A stretch of DNA of 36,850 bases from assembly GCA_964367645.1 (NCBI GenBank), contig CAYIYN010000004.1:1-36850 (forward strand). The letters are read 5' to 3'. How positions within the stretch are numbered: position 1 is the first letter of the stretch; every line of letters starts with the position of its first letter. Below, one piece after another: positions 25,060-33,298 of the stretch. Origin of the DNA: an uncultured Bacteroidaceae bacterium. Lineage in GTDB: Bacteria; Bacillota; Clostridia; Christensenellales; CAG-917. The notes beneath the pieces were generated by a model that saw only the letters and a program-made list of their open reading frames with translations, made no database searches and was not told the origin of the DNA. A program made the position numbers and the translations under genes.

Positions 25060-25617
25060 ATGAAGCAAAATTATTTTTTGTTAGCACTTTTTTTGATTGC
25101 GGCCTTTGCGGTTATACTCACCGCTTGCGACTTTATGCCTAAGGAAGGCATTGAGGCGGACGGCAATGTTTCTGATTTGGTTGTGAGAATACATATACGT
25201 GCAAACTCAAACGCCGAAGACGATCAGACGGTAAAACTTAAAGTGCGTGACGCTGTAACATTGTATTTAACGGGTTGTCTTGCAGATTGCAAGACCAAAG
25301 ACGAAGCGTTGAGCGTACTTGACGCAGAGTCAAACAATTTGACACAAATTGCCAATTCGACACTTTACATAAACGGATTTGATTATTCAAGTAGGGTATC
25401 GATAAACAGAGAGGATTTTCCTGAAAAGACTTATGACGGCTACGTTTTTCCTCAAGGCACCTACGATGCGCTGATACTTAACCTTGGCGAAGGTGCAGGG
25501 GACAACTGGTGGTGCGTGGCTTTTCCGCCCCTTTGTTTTGTTCCTCAAGGTTCAGGCGAAGAGGTCGTTTATAAGTCTTGGGTGGCGGAAAAACTGCATG
25601 AAATTTTCGGCCGGTGA
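25060..25617 (+). CDS. spoIIR: Stage II sporulation protein R
   Basis: VRIHIRANSN..DQ.VKLKVRD, FP.K.Y, G.G.GDNWWCVAFPPLCF; ATG 25060 after AGGAG. Confidence 0.95.
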   Translation: MKQNYFLLALFLIAAFAVILTACDFMPKEGIEADGNVSDLVVRIHIRANSNAEDDQTVKLKVRDAVTLYLTGCLADCKTKDEALSVLDAESNNLTQIANSTLYINGFDYSSRVSINREDFPEKTYDGYVFPQGTYDALILNLGEGAGDNWWCVAFPPLCFVPQGSGEEVVYKSWVAEKLHEIFGR

Positions 25618-25695
25618 TTCAATACTTGTCAAGAGCCTATGCAATTTTGCTGAAATCTTTCAACAGCGAAAATACATAATTTTTTTGGAGGATAT

Positions 25696-26112
25696 ATGAA
25701 ATTATATCGAGAAATAGTGCGCAACACGGAAATGGGCGCGCAAAGCATCAAAAATCTTCTTCCCTATATGGATGATGAAAAACTTAAATCTCTCATATGC
25801 CGTCAAAAAGACGGACTGAACGATTTTTGCGCAAAAGCAAAAAGCTTTTTGGATAGCGACGAGCAAGAACAGGCAGGCGGCAATAAATTTCAAAAGACTA
25901 TGCTCAAAGCCGGTGTGGCTGTGAATGCTATGATGAACTCCGACAACACCCACGTTGCATCAATGCTCATTGAAGGTTACAATATGGGACTGGTGAGCGT
26001 GCAAAAATGTATGAATGAGGTGCAGAAGGATGGTTGCGAAGTTCCGGCTCTCGGTAGCGAAGTCATAAAATTTTATGACAAGTGCATAAAGGAATTAAGA
26101 ACTTATCTTTAA
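25696..26112 (+). CDS. Conserved hypothetical protein, probably a ferritin-like helical bundle
   Basis: RBS GGAGG; repeated helix-pair pattern (EMG.. / EG..MG); ends LRTYL. Confidence 0.75.
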   Translation: MKLYREIVRNTEMGAQSIKNLLPYMDDEKLKSLICRQKDGLNDFCAKAKSFLDSDEQEQAGGNKFQKTMLKAGVAVNAMMNSDNTHVASMLIEGYNMGLVSVQKCMNEVQKDGCEVPALGSEVIKFYDKCIKELRTYL

Positions 26113-26182
26113 CAGATAAACACTTTTACAGTCGCCTTATTATTGACCTACCTTTTCATGGACAATCTGATTTTTTCTGCAT

Positions 26183-26212
26183 AAAAAAAGCAACCGATTA
26201 CGGTTGCTTTTT
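26183..26212. terminator. Bidirectional terminator
   Basis: AAAAAGCAACCG-ATTA-CGGTTGCTTTTT. Confidence 0.9.
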
Positions 26213-26253
26213 GATTTAAGTTTTTGTTTCTATCTCGTAGAATTATGCAGTAC

Positions 26254-28656
26254 TTATGTCATAATGTACAAATTGTAATATCCGCCCGATGCGTCCAAAG
26301 TGACCAAAACGCGAGTACCGCCGCCGTTTGCAATCAAAATCAGACCGATTTTATCTTTCAGCATCGATTCAGTGGATGCCACGCTTGACGATACTTTTAT
26401 ATCAAGCCTTACACCGTTTGTTTTTGAGTATAGGACGGCGTTTTTAAGTTCGTTTTCGCTGTTGATGTATAAGTCAAAATCGTTGTCGCCGTTTTCAATT
26501 TTAACGCCCGTGTAATAATTAAAGACGGTGTCTGCAACGGGGTCAATCGCACTTTCGGCGTCGTGCGTGGATGAGGTATAGGAGTCCGTCACCAAGAAAT
26601 ACTGCATGGTCAAAAGTTCCGATTTTTCATTTTCAAGCGTAGTCATTCCTCTGTCTGACCAAGTTGTGTCAACAAGATACCATTCTTTTACTCCGCTGTC
26701 CTCTACGTCGATTAAAACCTTGTTCCAAGCATGGCCGACGGGAGTGGAGCTTTGAGGAGTTATTGCTTCGCCGGTTATTCTCACAGATTCAATTCCTTCC
26801 ATTCCGCAAAGAAGCATAAACGCCTTTGACCTGCCGTCGCAAACCGCTTTGTTGTCGTCAAATACGCCCTCAAGATAGAATGCGTTGTATGTAACTTTCT
26901 CCGCTATGCTCGCAGTACTTTCAGCCGTAGAATAGTCGTAGTCCACTTCCTGACTTATCCATTCGCATATGGCGCGCACCTTCTCAAATTCACTCATATT
27001 ATCGTCGATGATGTCGCATAGTACTGCGCGCGCCTTACCGTATAGGGTTTGCAGTTTATTCCCTTGAGCATTGTTTTCAAAGACTGGTTTATAGCCCCAG
27101 CCGACGGCTCGGTAAAGCTGATCGCTGTTTTTGACGGTTAATGTATTGGATGCGGTATCTACGGGCAAAATCGTACGTTCCTCAATGCTTTCAGAAAAGT
27201 GTGTTATCACATTATCAAACTGCGTCACGGTGTAGGTCGATGCGTAGTTTACACTTGGATTTCCAAACGCCGCGTTCATCCCCCCTGAAGACGGAACTAT
27301 GTATATCACTGACGTGGAATAGTTAAATGGGAAATATCCTGATTCATCGGACGCGCTCATTGCCGTACCGATAGCTTCGGAAAAAGCGGTGGTGCCATTG
27401 CCGCCGCCGTCTTTCCATTCAGTTTTTGCAACATAAATAGAATGTGCGGTGCTGTCGGAAGCACTGACGGCTGTTTCGTGTCTTGAAATAATATAACTCA
27501 CCAATACGTTCAAATCAGTCTGGTCCGATATGTAGTGGTTATAAACGCCGTTGTCCCACACAAAAACGTCGTCTATCTCTTCCTTGTGTGAGTTGTAATC
27601 TGTGCCGGTCATCGCAATTATGTTTAACTCGTCGCTAACTATGTTGTCTATCGTTGCCGTGACATAGTTTTCGCCGTAAGAGGGTGTGAACGACAGTTCT
27701 CTGCTTGTTCCACCAAGCGTGCTAATGCCGCTTCGGTTTCTCACCGTCCAGCGAACTTCTGCGCTGTTATCTGTGCCGACAGGCGCAACCGACGCCGATA
27801 ATGTAACCGCCGAAAACGGCGATTCGGGCGAAGACGTTGTTTGAACGTACTGCCCGTTCCCGTCCGACACCGCTTCGGCACTCACCGAAAGCGAAATTTT
27901 GCTTGCCGCAAAAAATCTATTGACAACGGATAGAATTACCGACGCGTTTTTTATGGCCGTTCCTTCTTTTATTGTCAACTTTATAGTCAAATCTCCCTCA
28001 GTGGTGGGCTGTTCAACACTAAATTCGTTGTCTGTGGATAGCACTGTCGGACTGGTACCGATACGCCATTCAAAAGTGCATAATGCGGATTTTTCGGGGT
28101 CCATGTACTGTGCGTTCCAATTTGCCTTAAAAGTTATAGGCGCAGTCTGGACGATTTTTCTTTGTATTACCCCCTCCAATACCCTGTCGGTTGTTGACGA
28201 AATGTAGACGTTGTTAAGATTTGCGTAGGACGTATACACTTGCATTGTCTGCGAGCACGGCACGTCATTTGCCGTCACGGAAAATATGTAACTTTCTGCG
28301 CTATACTCTTCAATCGTATAGTTCAAGATGTCACCGTTTTCACCTTGAATAGCCGTTGCCTCTTCGCCCGACTTGCCAACCAACCAAACGTACGTGATAG
28401 AAGACGGTGCGCCCTCGTTGACATTGGCTTTGAGAGAAAAAGCCTCGCCCAAAGCTGCATAATAATTATCTCCGCCTTCATTTAGCCCGTCCTGTACGGA
28501 AATGGAAACGGACGTGATACCCACCTTATTTTCATCACTGGTCTTGAAAATATAATTGAAAACCGAACACGCCGTCAACATTGCGGCTGTCAAAACAATC
28601 AATGATACAAGCATAAATAACTTGCTTGCTTTTATAATTGTCGAAGTTGTTTTCAT
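26254..28656 (-). CDS. Lipoprotein with Ig-like repeats and a transglutaminase-like domain
   Basis: Lipobox LTAC; beta-rich S/T repeats; triad AVCDG / GHAWN / VDTTW; ATG 28656 after GGAG. Confidence 0.87.
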   Translation of the reverse strand: MKTTSTIIKASKLFMLVSLIVLTAAMLTACSVFNYIFKTSDENKVGITSVSISVQDGLNEGGDNYYAALGEAFSLKANVNEGAPSSITYVWLVGKSGEEATAIQGENGDILNYTIEEYSAESYIFSVTANDVPCSQTMQVYTSYANLNNVYISSTTDRVLEGVIQRKIVQTAPITFKANWNAQYMDPEKSALCTFEWRIGTSPTVLSTDNEFSVEQPTTEGDLTIKLTIKEGTAIKNASVILSVVNRFFAASKISLSVSAEAVSDGNGQYVQTTSSPESPFSAVTLSASVAPVGTDNSAEVRWTVRNRSGISTLGGTSRELSFTPSYGENYVTATIDNIVSDELNIIAMTGTDYNSHKEEIDDVFVWDNGVYNHYISDQTDLNVLVSYIISRHETAVSASDSTAHSIYVAKTEWKDGGGNGTTAFSEAIGTAMSASDESGYFPFNYSTSVIYIVPSSGGMNAAFGNPSVNYASTYTVTQFDNVITHFSESIEERTILPVDTASNTLTVKNSDQLYRAVGWGYKPVFENNAQGNKLQTLYGKARAVLCDIIDDNMSEFEKVRAICEWISQEVDYDYSTAESTASIAEKVTYNAFYLEGVFDDNKAVCDGRSKAFMLLCGMEGIESVRITGEAITPQSSTPVGHAWNKVLIDVEDSGVKEWYLVDTTWSDRGMTTLENEKSELLTMQYFLVTDSYTSSTHDAESAIDPVADTVFNYYTGVKIENGDNDFDLYINSENELKNAVLYSKTNGVRLDIKVSSSVASTESMLKDKIGLILIANGGGTRVLVTLDASGGYYNLYIMT

Positions 28657-28741
28657 ATGGCACCACTCCGTATGCAAATTATTTATCGGCCGCTTGATTT
28701 AATTTTGTTAATGCGCGCCGATGCACAGCATTTATATTATC

Positions 28742-28792
28742 ATAATATATTTTTTCGTGACGATTGTCAATAATGCCTATTTGTAGTACAAT
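28742..28792. promoter_or_regulatory. Divergent sigma-A promoters with overlapping -35 boxes
   Basis: Minus: TTGACA(28770-28765)-N17-TATTAT. Plus: TTGTCA(28764-28769)-N17-TACAAT. Confidence 0.65.
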
Positions 28793-28800
28793 TACATAAT

Positions 28801-29217
28801 ATGGATAATTCAATGTTCAAAATAGCGTCGCCTATCCAGCCTGAGCAGGCACTGAAACTGCATCCTATGTCGCTTGCATTTATCGGCGACGCCGTGCAAT
28901 CGCTCTATACGCGCACCCGAGTAACGCTTGCTTCCAACTCTAAAACGGGTGTTTTGCACAAGGAAGTTACAAAGGTTGTAAAAGCCGTTTCGCAATCCCG
29001 CGTCGCCGACGCTATCGCCCCTCTTTTCGACGAAACTGAAGCGGATATTTTCCGCCGCGCGCGCAACTGCCACGTTCAGACTTCAGCAAAACACGCCGAA
29101 ATGAGCGAATACAGAAAAGCCAGCGGTCTTGAAGCCGTCTTAGGATATTTGTATCTTACCGGCAAAGATGAACGACTTATCCGACTGCTTAGCATTTCAT
29201 TTGAGGAAAATTTATGA
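28801..29217 (+). CDS. mrnC: Mini-ribonuclease III
   Basis: LAFIGDAV, V.A.SQ, FRRARN, EYRKASGLEAVLGYLYL. Confidence 0.93.
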   Translation: MDNSMFKIASPIQPEQALKLHPMSLAFIGDAVQSLYTRTRVTLASNSKTGVLHKEVTKVVKAVSQSRVADAIAPLFDETEADIFRRARNCHVQTSAKHAEMSEYRKASGLEAVLGYLYLTGKDERLIRLLSISFEENL

Positions 29218-29936
29218 TAATTTACGGCAGAAACCCCGTCAAAGAAGCATTTCGCGCTGGGAAAACAGTAGAAAAAATCTATCTGCCAAAGGGTGAAATC
29301 GACACGTCTTTGGCACCCATTTTTAAACTGGCAAAAGATAACCGCACCGTGATAACTTACGTCGATCGCTTTACCATGGACAAACTCTCCGAAAACGGCA
29401 ATCATCAAGGCGTACTGGCACAAATTACGGAATTTGAATATTCCACTCTCGACGATATAATAGAACTCGCAAAAAACAAAGGCGAAGACTTGCTTGTTGT
29501 GCTGCTTGACGGCATAACCGACCCGCACAATCTTGGCGCAATCGTCAGGAGTGCGGAGTGTTTCGGCGCGCACGGAGTGGTCATTCCAAAGCATCGTTCC
29601 GTTGGTGTAACGGATACTGTTGTAAAAGTTGCAAGCGGCGCAACAGAGCATTTGCCAATCGCAAAGGTTACAAATCTCAACGACACCATAAGAGCACTCA
29701 AACAACAGAATGTGTGGGTTTATGCAACGGATTTTGATGGTAAAGCCCCGAAAGAAACAAATTTGACAGGAAACGTCGCAATTGTTATCGGCAGCGAAGG
29801 AAAGGGTGTAAGCCACTTGACGAAGGAACTTTGCGACGATACTTTGACCATTCCCGAATACGGAAAAATCAACAGTTTGAACGCTTCTGTGGCATGCGGC
29901 GTCGTCCTTTACGAGATAGCAAGACAGCGTCACTAA
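29214..29936 (+). CDS. rlmB: 23S rRNA (Gm2251) 2'-O-methyltransferase
   Basis: YGRNPV, HQGV, DPHNLGAIVRSA, IGSEGKG, SLNASVA. Confidence 0.95.
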   Translation: MIIYGRNPVKEAFRAGKTVEKIYLPKGEIDTSLAPIFKLAKDNRTVITYVDRFTMDKLSENGNHQGVLAQITEFEYSTLDDIIELAKNKGEDLLVVLLDGITDPHNLGAIVRSAECFGAHGVVIPKHRSVGVTDTVVKVASGATEHLPIAKVTNLNDTIRALKQQNVWVYATDFDGKAPKETNLTGNVAIVIGSEGKGVSHLTKELCDDTLTIPEYGKINSLNASVACGVVLYEIARQRH

Positions 29937-29949
29937 CAACGGAGAACAA

Positions 29950-30570
29950 ATGACGGACAAGACCGATTTAGAGCTAATAAATCTTATTAAAGACGGCGAC
30001 CAAGAAGCGGCTGCCTCTTTGGTTTTGCGTTATAAAAACGTTGTTAAAAGGCAAGCCGCGGTTTGGAACGGAAGAATAGGCGACTATGACAGCGACGACC
30101 TGTATCAAATAGGGTGTATCCATCTTCTTCACATCGCTCCGTCATATGACGAAAGCAAAAACGCGTCGTTCCCCACGTTTTTGGAGCATTGCTTGAAAAA
30201 CCGCTACTCCGACATAAACCGCACTTCAAAAACAAAGCCGACCACCGTTTCGATTGATTCGGCAATAAACGACGATCAAGACAAAACTGCTTTGCGCGAC
30301 TTTATTCCCTCAAAAGGACTTTCGCCTGAAGAAAAAATCTTAGAAGACGAATCATCAACGGAGTTTTTTGATAAAATCAGTTCTTTTCTTTCCAAAGCGG
30401 AAATTTCTGTACTGAATTTGTATTTGGCGGAATTTTCTTACCGTGAGATTGCAGATAAACTGAAACTTACCTCAAAATCCGTCGGAAACGCGCTTTATTC
30501 CGCCCGAAAAAAAATCAAAGCGCGCTTGAACGAAGATTGCACGGGCAAAAACCCCGAAGACAGAAAATAA
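29950..30570 (+). CDS. sigH: SigH-like RNA polymerase sigma factor
   Basis: Region 2 (DDLYQ..YD..K.ASF.TF), SPEE, region 4 SYREIA..L....KSVGNAL; position downstream of mrnC-rlmB. Confidence 0.75.
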   Translation: MTDKTDLELINLIKDGDQEAAASLVLRYKNVVKRQAAVWNGRIGDYDSDDLYQIGCIHLLHIAPSYDESKNASFPTFLEHCLKNRYSDINRTSKTKPTTVSIDSAINDDQDKTALRDFIPSKGLSPEEKILEDESSTEFFDKISSFLSKAEISVLNLYLAEFSYREIADKLKLTSKSVGNALYSARKKIKARLNEDCTGKNPEDRK

Positions 30571-30647
30571 GTCATTTCACTTTACATTTAATGACTATTA
30601 TTATATTATTGTCACGCGCATTGAAAGCGGAAGTCCGTTTAGCGCAA

Positions 30648-30691
30648 TCCTTTCCCTCGCTTTATGCTTGGGACATAAGTCCAAAAGGAGG
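30648..30691 (+). promoter_or_regulatory. S6:S18 ribosomal protein leader
   Basis: TCCTTT/AAAGGA stem sequestering the SD, inner TTATG/CATAA stem, CC in the 3' internal loop; directly upstream of rpsF. Confidence 0.65.
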
Positions 30692-30699
30692 TATTTGCT

Positions 30700-30978
30700 A
30701 TGAATAAGTATGAAATTCTCTACATTATTCGTTGCGGCATCGAAGATGACCAAACAAACGCCGTCATCGAAAAGTACGAGCAGCTTGCATCATCTCTGGG
30801 CACTTTGATCGACCTTGATAAATGGGGTCTAAAAAAGTTTGCCTATGAAATCAACAAGCAAACGGAAGGCTATTATGTTCTGATGAACGTGGAATGCACC
30901 GTGGAAGCTCGTGACGAAATCGACAGGCAGATGGGCATTGACGACAATGTCGTAAGACAAATGTTTATCAAGAAATAA
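30700..30978 (+). CDS. rpsF: 30S ribosomal protein S6
   Basis: MNKYEILYI, WG.KKFAYEI, EGYY. Confidence 0.97.
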   Translation: MNKYEILYIIRCGIEDDQTNAVIEKYEQLASSLGTLIDLDKWGLKKFAYEINKQTEGYYVLMNVECTVEARDEIDRQMGIDDNVVRQMFIKK

Positions 30979-30997
30979 CAGTGATAAGGAGAATGTT

Positions 30998-31390
30998 ATG
31001 AACAAGGTATTTTTGATTGGAAATTTAACGAAGGATCCTGAACTGTCCACAACCAACAACGGCGTTAAATTTTGCAAGTTTACGCTTGCAGTTTCAAGAA
31101 GTTACAGCAAAGACGGCAAAAGAGAAACCGATTTTCTCCCTGTCGTAGTTTGGAGAGCGCAAGCAGACAACTGCGCTCGTTATCTGAAGAAAGGCAGCAA
31201 AGCAGCAGTAAGCGGAAGCGTGCAAACCCGCAATTACGACGCTCAAGACGGCTCCCGCCGTTACGTCACCGAAATAGCAGCGGACGAGGTTCAATTTCTC
31301 TCCACCAAAAACGATGATGAAAGCAGCACAATCGAGGGAGTTACGGACTTTGATGAACTTCGTCCCATCGACGAAGATCTGCCCTTCTAA
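30998..31390 (+). CDS. ssb: Single-stranded DNA-binding protein
   Basis: MNKVFLIGNLTKDPEL, C-terminal DEDLPF. Confidence 0.97.
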   Translation: MNKVFLIGNLTKDPELSTTNNGVKFCKFTLAVSRSYSKDGKRETDFLPVVVWRAQADNCARYLKKGSKAAVSGSVQTRNYDAQDGSRRYVTEIAADEVQFLSTKNDDESSTIEGVTDFDELRPIDEDLPF

Positions 31391-31409
31391 TTAATAGGAG
31401 TAAATTTTT

Positions 31410-31673
31410 ATGGCTGATATTCAAAACAACGATGCAAAAGCGGCACCGCGCCCTCCAAAGCGCATGCCCAAGAAAAAAGTTTGCCTTTTCTGCGTTGAGC
31501 ATATTGATGACATCGACTATAAGGACGTTGCAAGACTTCGTCGTTTCGTCACAGAAAAAGGCAAAATCCTGCCCCGCCGTATGAGCGGAGTCTGCGCGAA
31601 GCATCAACGCACTCTTGCAACCGCAATCAAGAGAGCAAGAGTTATGGGGCTTCTTCCTTACAAAGCGGACTAA
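31410..31673 (+). CDS. rpsR: 30S ribosomal protein S18 (Zn-binding form)
   Basis: KKVCLFC, IDYKD, GKILPRR, CAKHQR, AIKRAR. Confidence 0.97.
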   Translation: MADIQNNDAKAAPRPPKRMPKKKVCLFCVEHIDDIDYKDVARLRRFVTEKGKILPRRMSGVCAKHQRTLATAIKRARVMGLLPYKAD

Positions 31674-31694
31674 TCGGGCAGCAAAGCAAATAAA

Positions 31695-31729
31695 AACAAA
31701 AAACAAGGTGCAAGCCTTGTTTTTTTGTT
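31695..31729 (+). terminator. Terminator of rpsF-ssb-rpsR
   Basis: AAAAAACAAGG-TGCAAG-CCTTGTTTTTT. Confidence 0.85.
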
Positions 31730-31827
31730 GCCTTTCAAAACTTGCGGCAATAGCAACGTTTTATGCGTTATCAATTTTGTTGCCTTTTCAAAACTTGCGG
31801 CAATAGCAACGTTTTATGCGTTATCAA
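31723..31827. repeat. Two tandem 52/53-bp direct repeats
   Basis: TTTTGTTGCCTTT(T)CAAAACTTGCGGCAATAGCAACGTTTTATGCGTTATCAA at 31723 and 31775. Confidence 0.95.
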
Positions 31828-31926
31828 GTTTTTTTGCGTGCCTAAAACATTTGTTTCTCTCCCGTGCTTGTTTAAAATTGTTCGTTTTTCCGACGCGCAA
31901 TGCACGCACATAATTGCTTTATAAGG

Positions 31927-31955
31927 TTGCGCGCCTGGCAAACAATCTATATAAT
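31927..31955 (+). promoter_or_regulatory. Sigma-A promoter for a leaderless transcript
   Basis: TTGCGC-N17-TATAAT-N6-ATG. Confidence 0.7.
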
Positions 31956-31961
31956 GTACTT

Positions 31962-33140
31962 ATGGCTAAACGTAAAACACAAACAAACGCTGAAAAAGCA
32001 GTTAAGCGTGCAATCAAGAAAAATCCGAAAGCGTTTATTTTCGGCATTGTCGCAGCCGTTCTTATTGTCGCGGTCACGTTGACGATTATTTATTTCGCAG
32101 CACCCGACGTTTGGGATGCAATCGCATCACTTTTTGTCATAGGTAACGATGACGGCAATGACCCTCCTACGCTCAATCGAGGCGACGGCGAATTGCAAAT
32201 TCATTTTATCGACGTAGGTCAAGGCGACTGTATTTTAATCCTATTCCCCGATGGCAAGGATATGCTTATCGACTGCGCCAATTATAACGGCGGCAATACC
32301 TACCGCGACGAAACATTAAACTATTTGGATACATACGTCACAGACGACCAACTTGATTATCTTATGCTGACACACTGCGACAGCGACCATGTCTATTATT
32401 TGGACGACGTCTTACACCGCTATGACGTGGATAATATCTATATGCCTTTCGTTCTTTCCGCGCCGGACGAAAGCAAAGAGTCGAATGCCGAGCGTATTGC
32501 CTCAATTGCTGCGCTTCCCGCCGACAAACTTGACGATTTTTCCGACCCTGACACCATTGATACGGGAGTCTATGCGGATTTCTTTATCGCGGCTCTAACT
32601 GAGTCTGATGCCGTAATTCACCAAAACATAGGCAACTTCTCAATCACCACCGACACCTATCGCCTCGATTTCTATGCCTACACCGAAAACGAGTGGGCTG
32701 ATTCGGATTTAAGCTCGGCAGAGGAAAGAAATGCAATTTCTCCCATAGGTGTGCTTGAATATAACGGAAAGAAAATTGTTTTAACAGGCGACAGCAACGA
32801 AATAAACGAGCCGAAATTCATTGATAAAGTCGGCGGAAGTTTGCTTGATTGCGACGTGCTGAAAGTCGGACACCACGGAAGCGAAACTTCATCAACTGAA
32901 GAATTTTTGGATTTTATAAATTGTGAGCAAGCAATAATCAGTTGCAATGCAAGCGGAAACACTTTCAATCATCCCCGCAAAGCAACGCTCGACAGATTGA
33001 AAAATCAAAACATGAGTGTCTACCGTACAGACCTAAACGGCAACATTGTACTTTCTGTTAACGCTGAAGGCACCCTAACTATCACAACTGAAAAGACCGC
33101 CGAGCAATCCGATATTTTTACCGGTGCCGACGCCGCTTAA
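31962..33140 (+). CDS. Membrane-anchored ComEC/Rec2-type metallo-beta-lactamase-fold hydrolase
   Basis: Basic N-terminus plus TM, FIDVGQGD, LTHCDSDH, LTGD, LKVGHHGS, HP, YRTD.NGNI. Confidence 0.9.
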   Translation: MAKRKTQTNAEKAVKRAIKKNPKAFIFGIVAAVLIVAVTLTIIYFAAPDVWDAIASLFVIGNDDGNDPPTLNRGDGELQIHFIDVGQGDCILILFPDGKDMLIDCANYNGGNTYRDETLNYLDTYVTDDQLDYLMLTHCDSDHVYYLDDVLHRYDVDNIYMPFVLSAPDESKESNAERIASIAALPADKLDDFSDPDTIDTGVYADFFIAALTESDAVIHQNIGNFSITTDTYRLDFYAYTENEWADSDLSSAEERNAISPIGVLEYNGKKIVLTGDSNEINEPKFIDKVGGSLLDCDVLKVGHHGSETSSTEEFLDFINCEQAIISCNASGNTFNHPRKATLDRLKNQNMSVYRTDLNGNIVLSVNAEGTLTITTEKTAEQSDIFTGADAA

Positions 33141-33171
33141 CTAACATAATTTTTTTGGGATATTTACAGTT

Positions 33172-33199
33172 AAGGGGGCTTTTAGGCAAAAGCCCCCTT
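33172..33199. terminator. Hairpin downstream of the MBL gene
   Basis: AAGGGGGCTTTT-AGGC-AAAAGCCCCCTT. Confidence 0.7.
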
Positions 33200-33232
33200 G
33201 ACAATTCCCAAAACTTTTGAATTATATAAAAT

Positions 33233-33280
33233 AAAAGCCGATAGCGCATTTTTCAAAATTGCTCTATCGGCTGATTTTTT
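33233..33280. terminator. Hairpin terminator downstream of proS
   Basis: AGCCGATAG...CTATCGGCT with flanking A/T tracts. Confidence 0.7.
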
Positions 33281-33298
33281 AATTGGAATGGCTAGAAA

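Noticed and set aside
29076-29960. 294-aa minus-strand ORF
   Set aside because: Antisense shadow of rlmB/mrnC with no recognisable motifs.
31723-31827. Possible CRISPR array or coding repeat (SKLAAIATFYALS ORFs)
   Set aside because: Only two adjacent units with no spacer; the small ORFs lack RBSs and cross a terminator.
31962-33140. Beta-lactamase or full ComEC
   Set aside because: Motifs are ComEC-MBL type, not class B beta-lactamase, and the multi-TM channel domain is absent.
33198-33230. TTGACA promoter antisense to proS
   Set aside because: No -10 at a 16-18 bp spacing.
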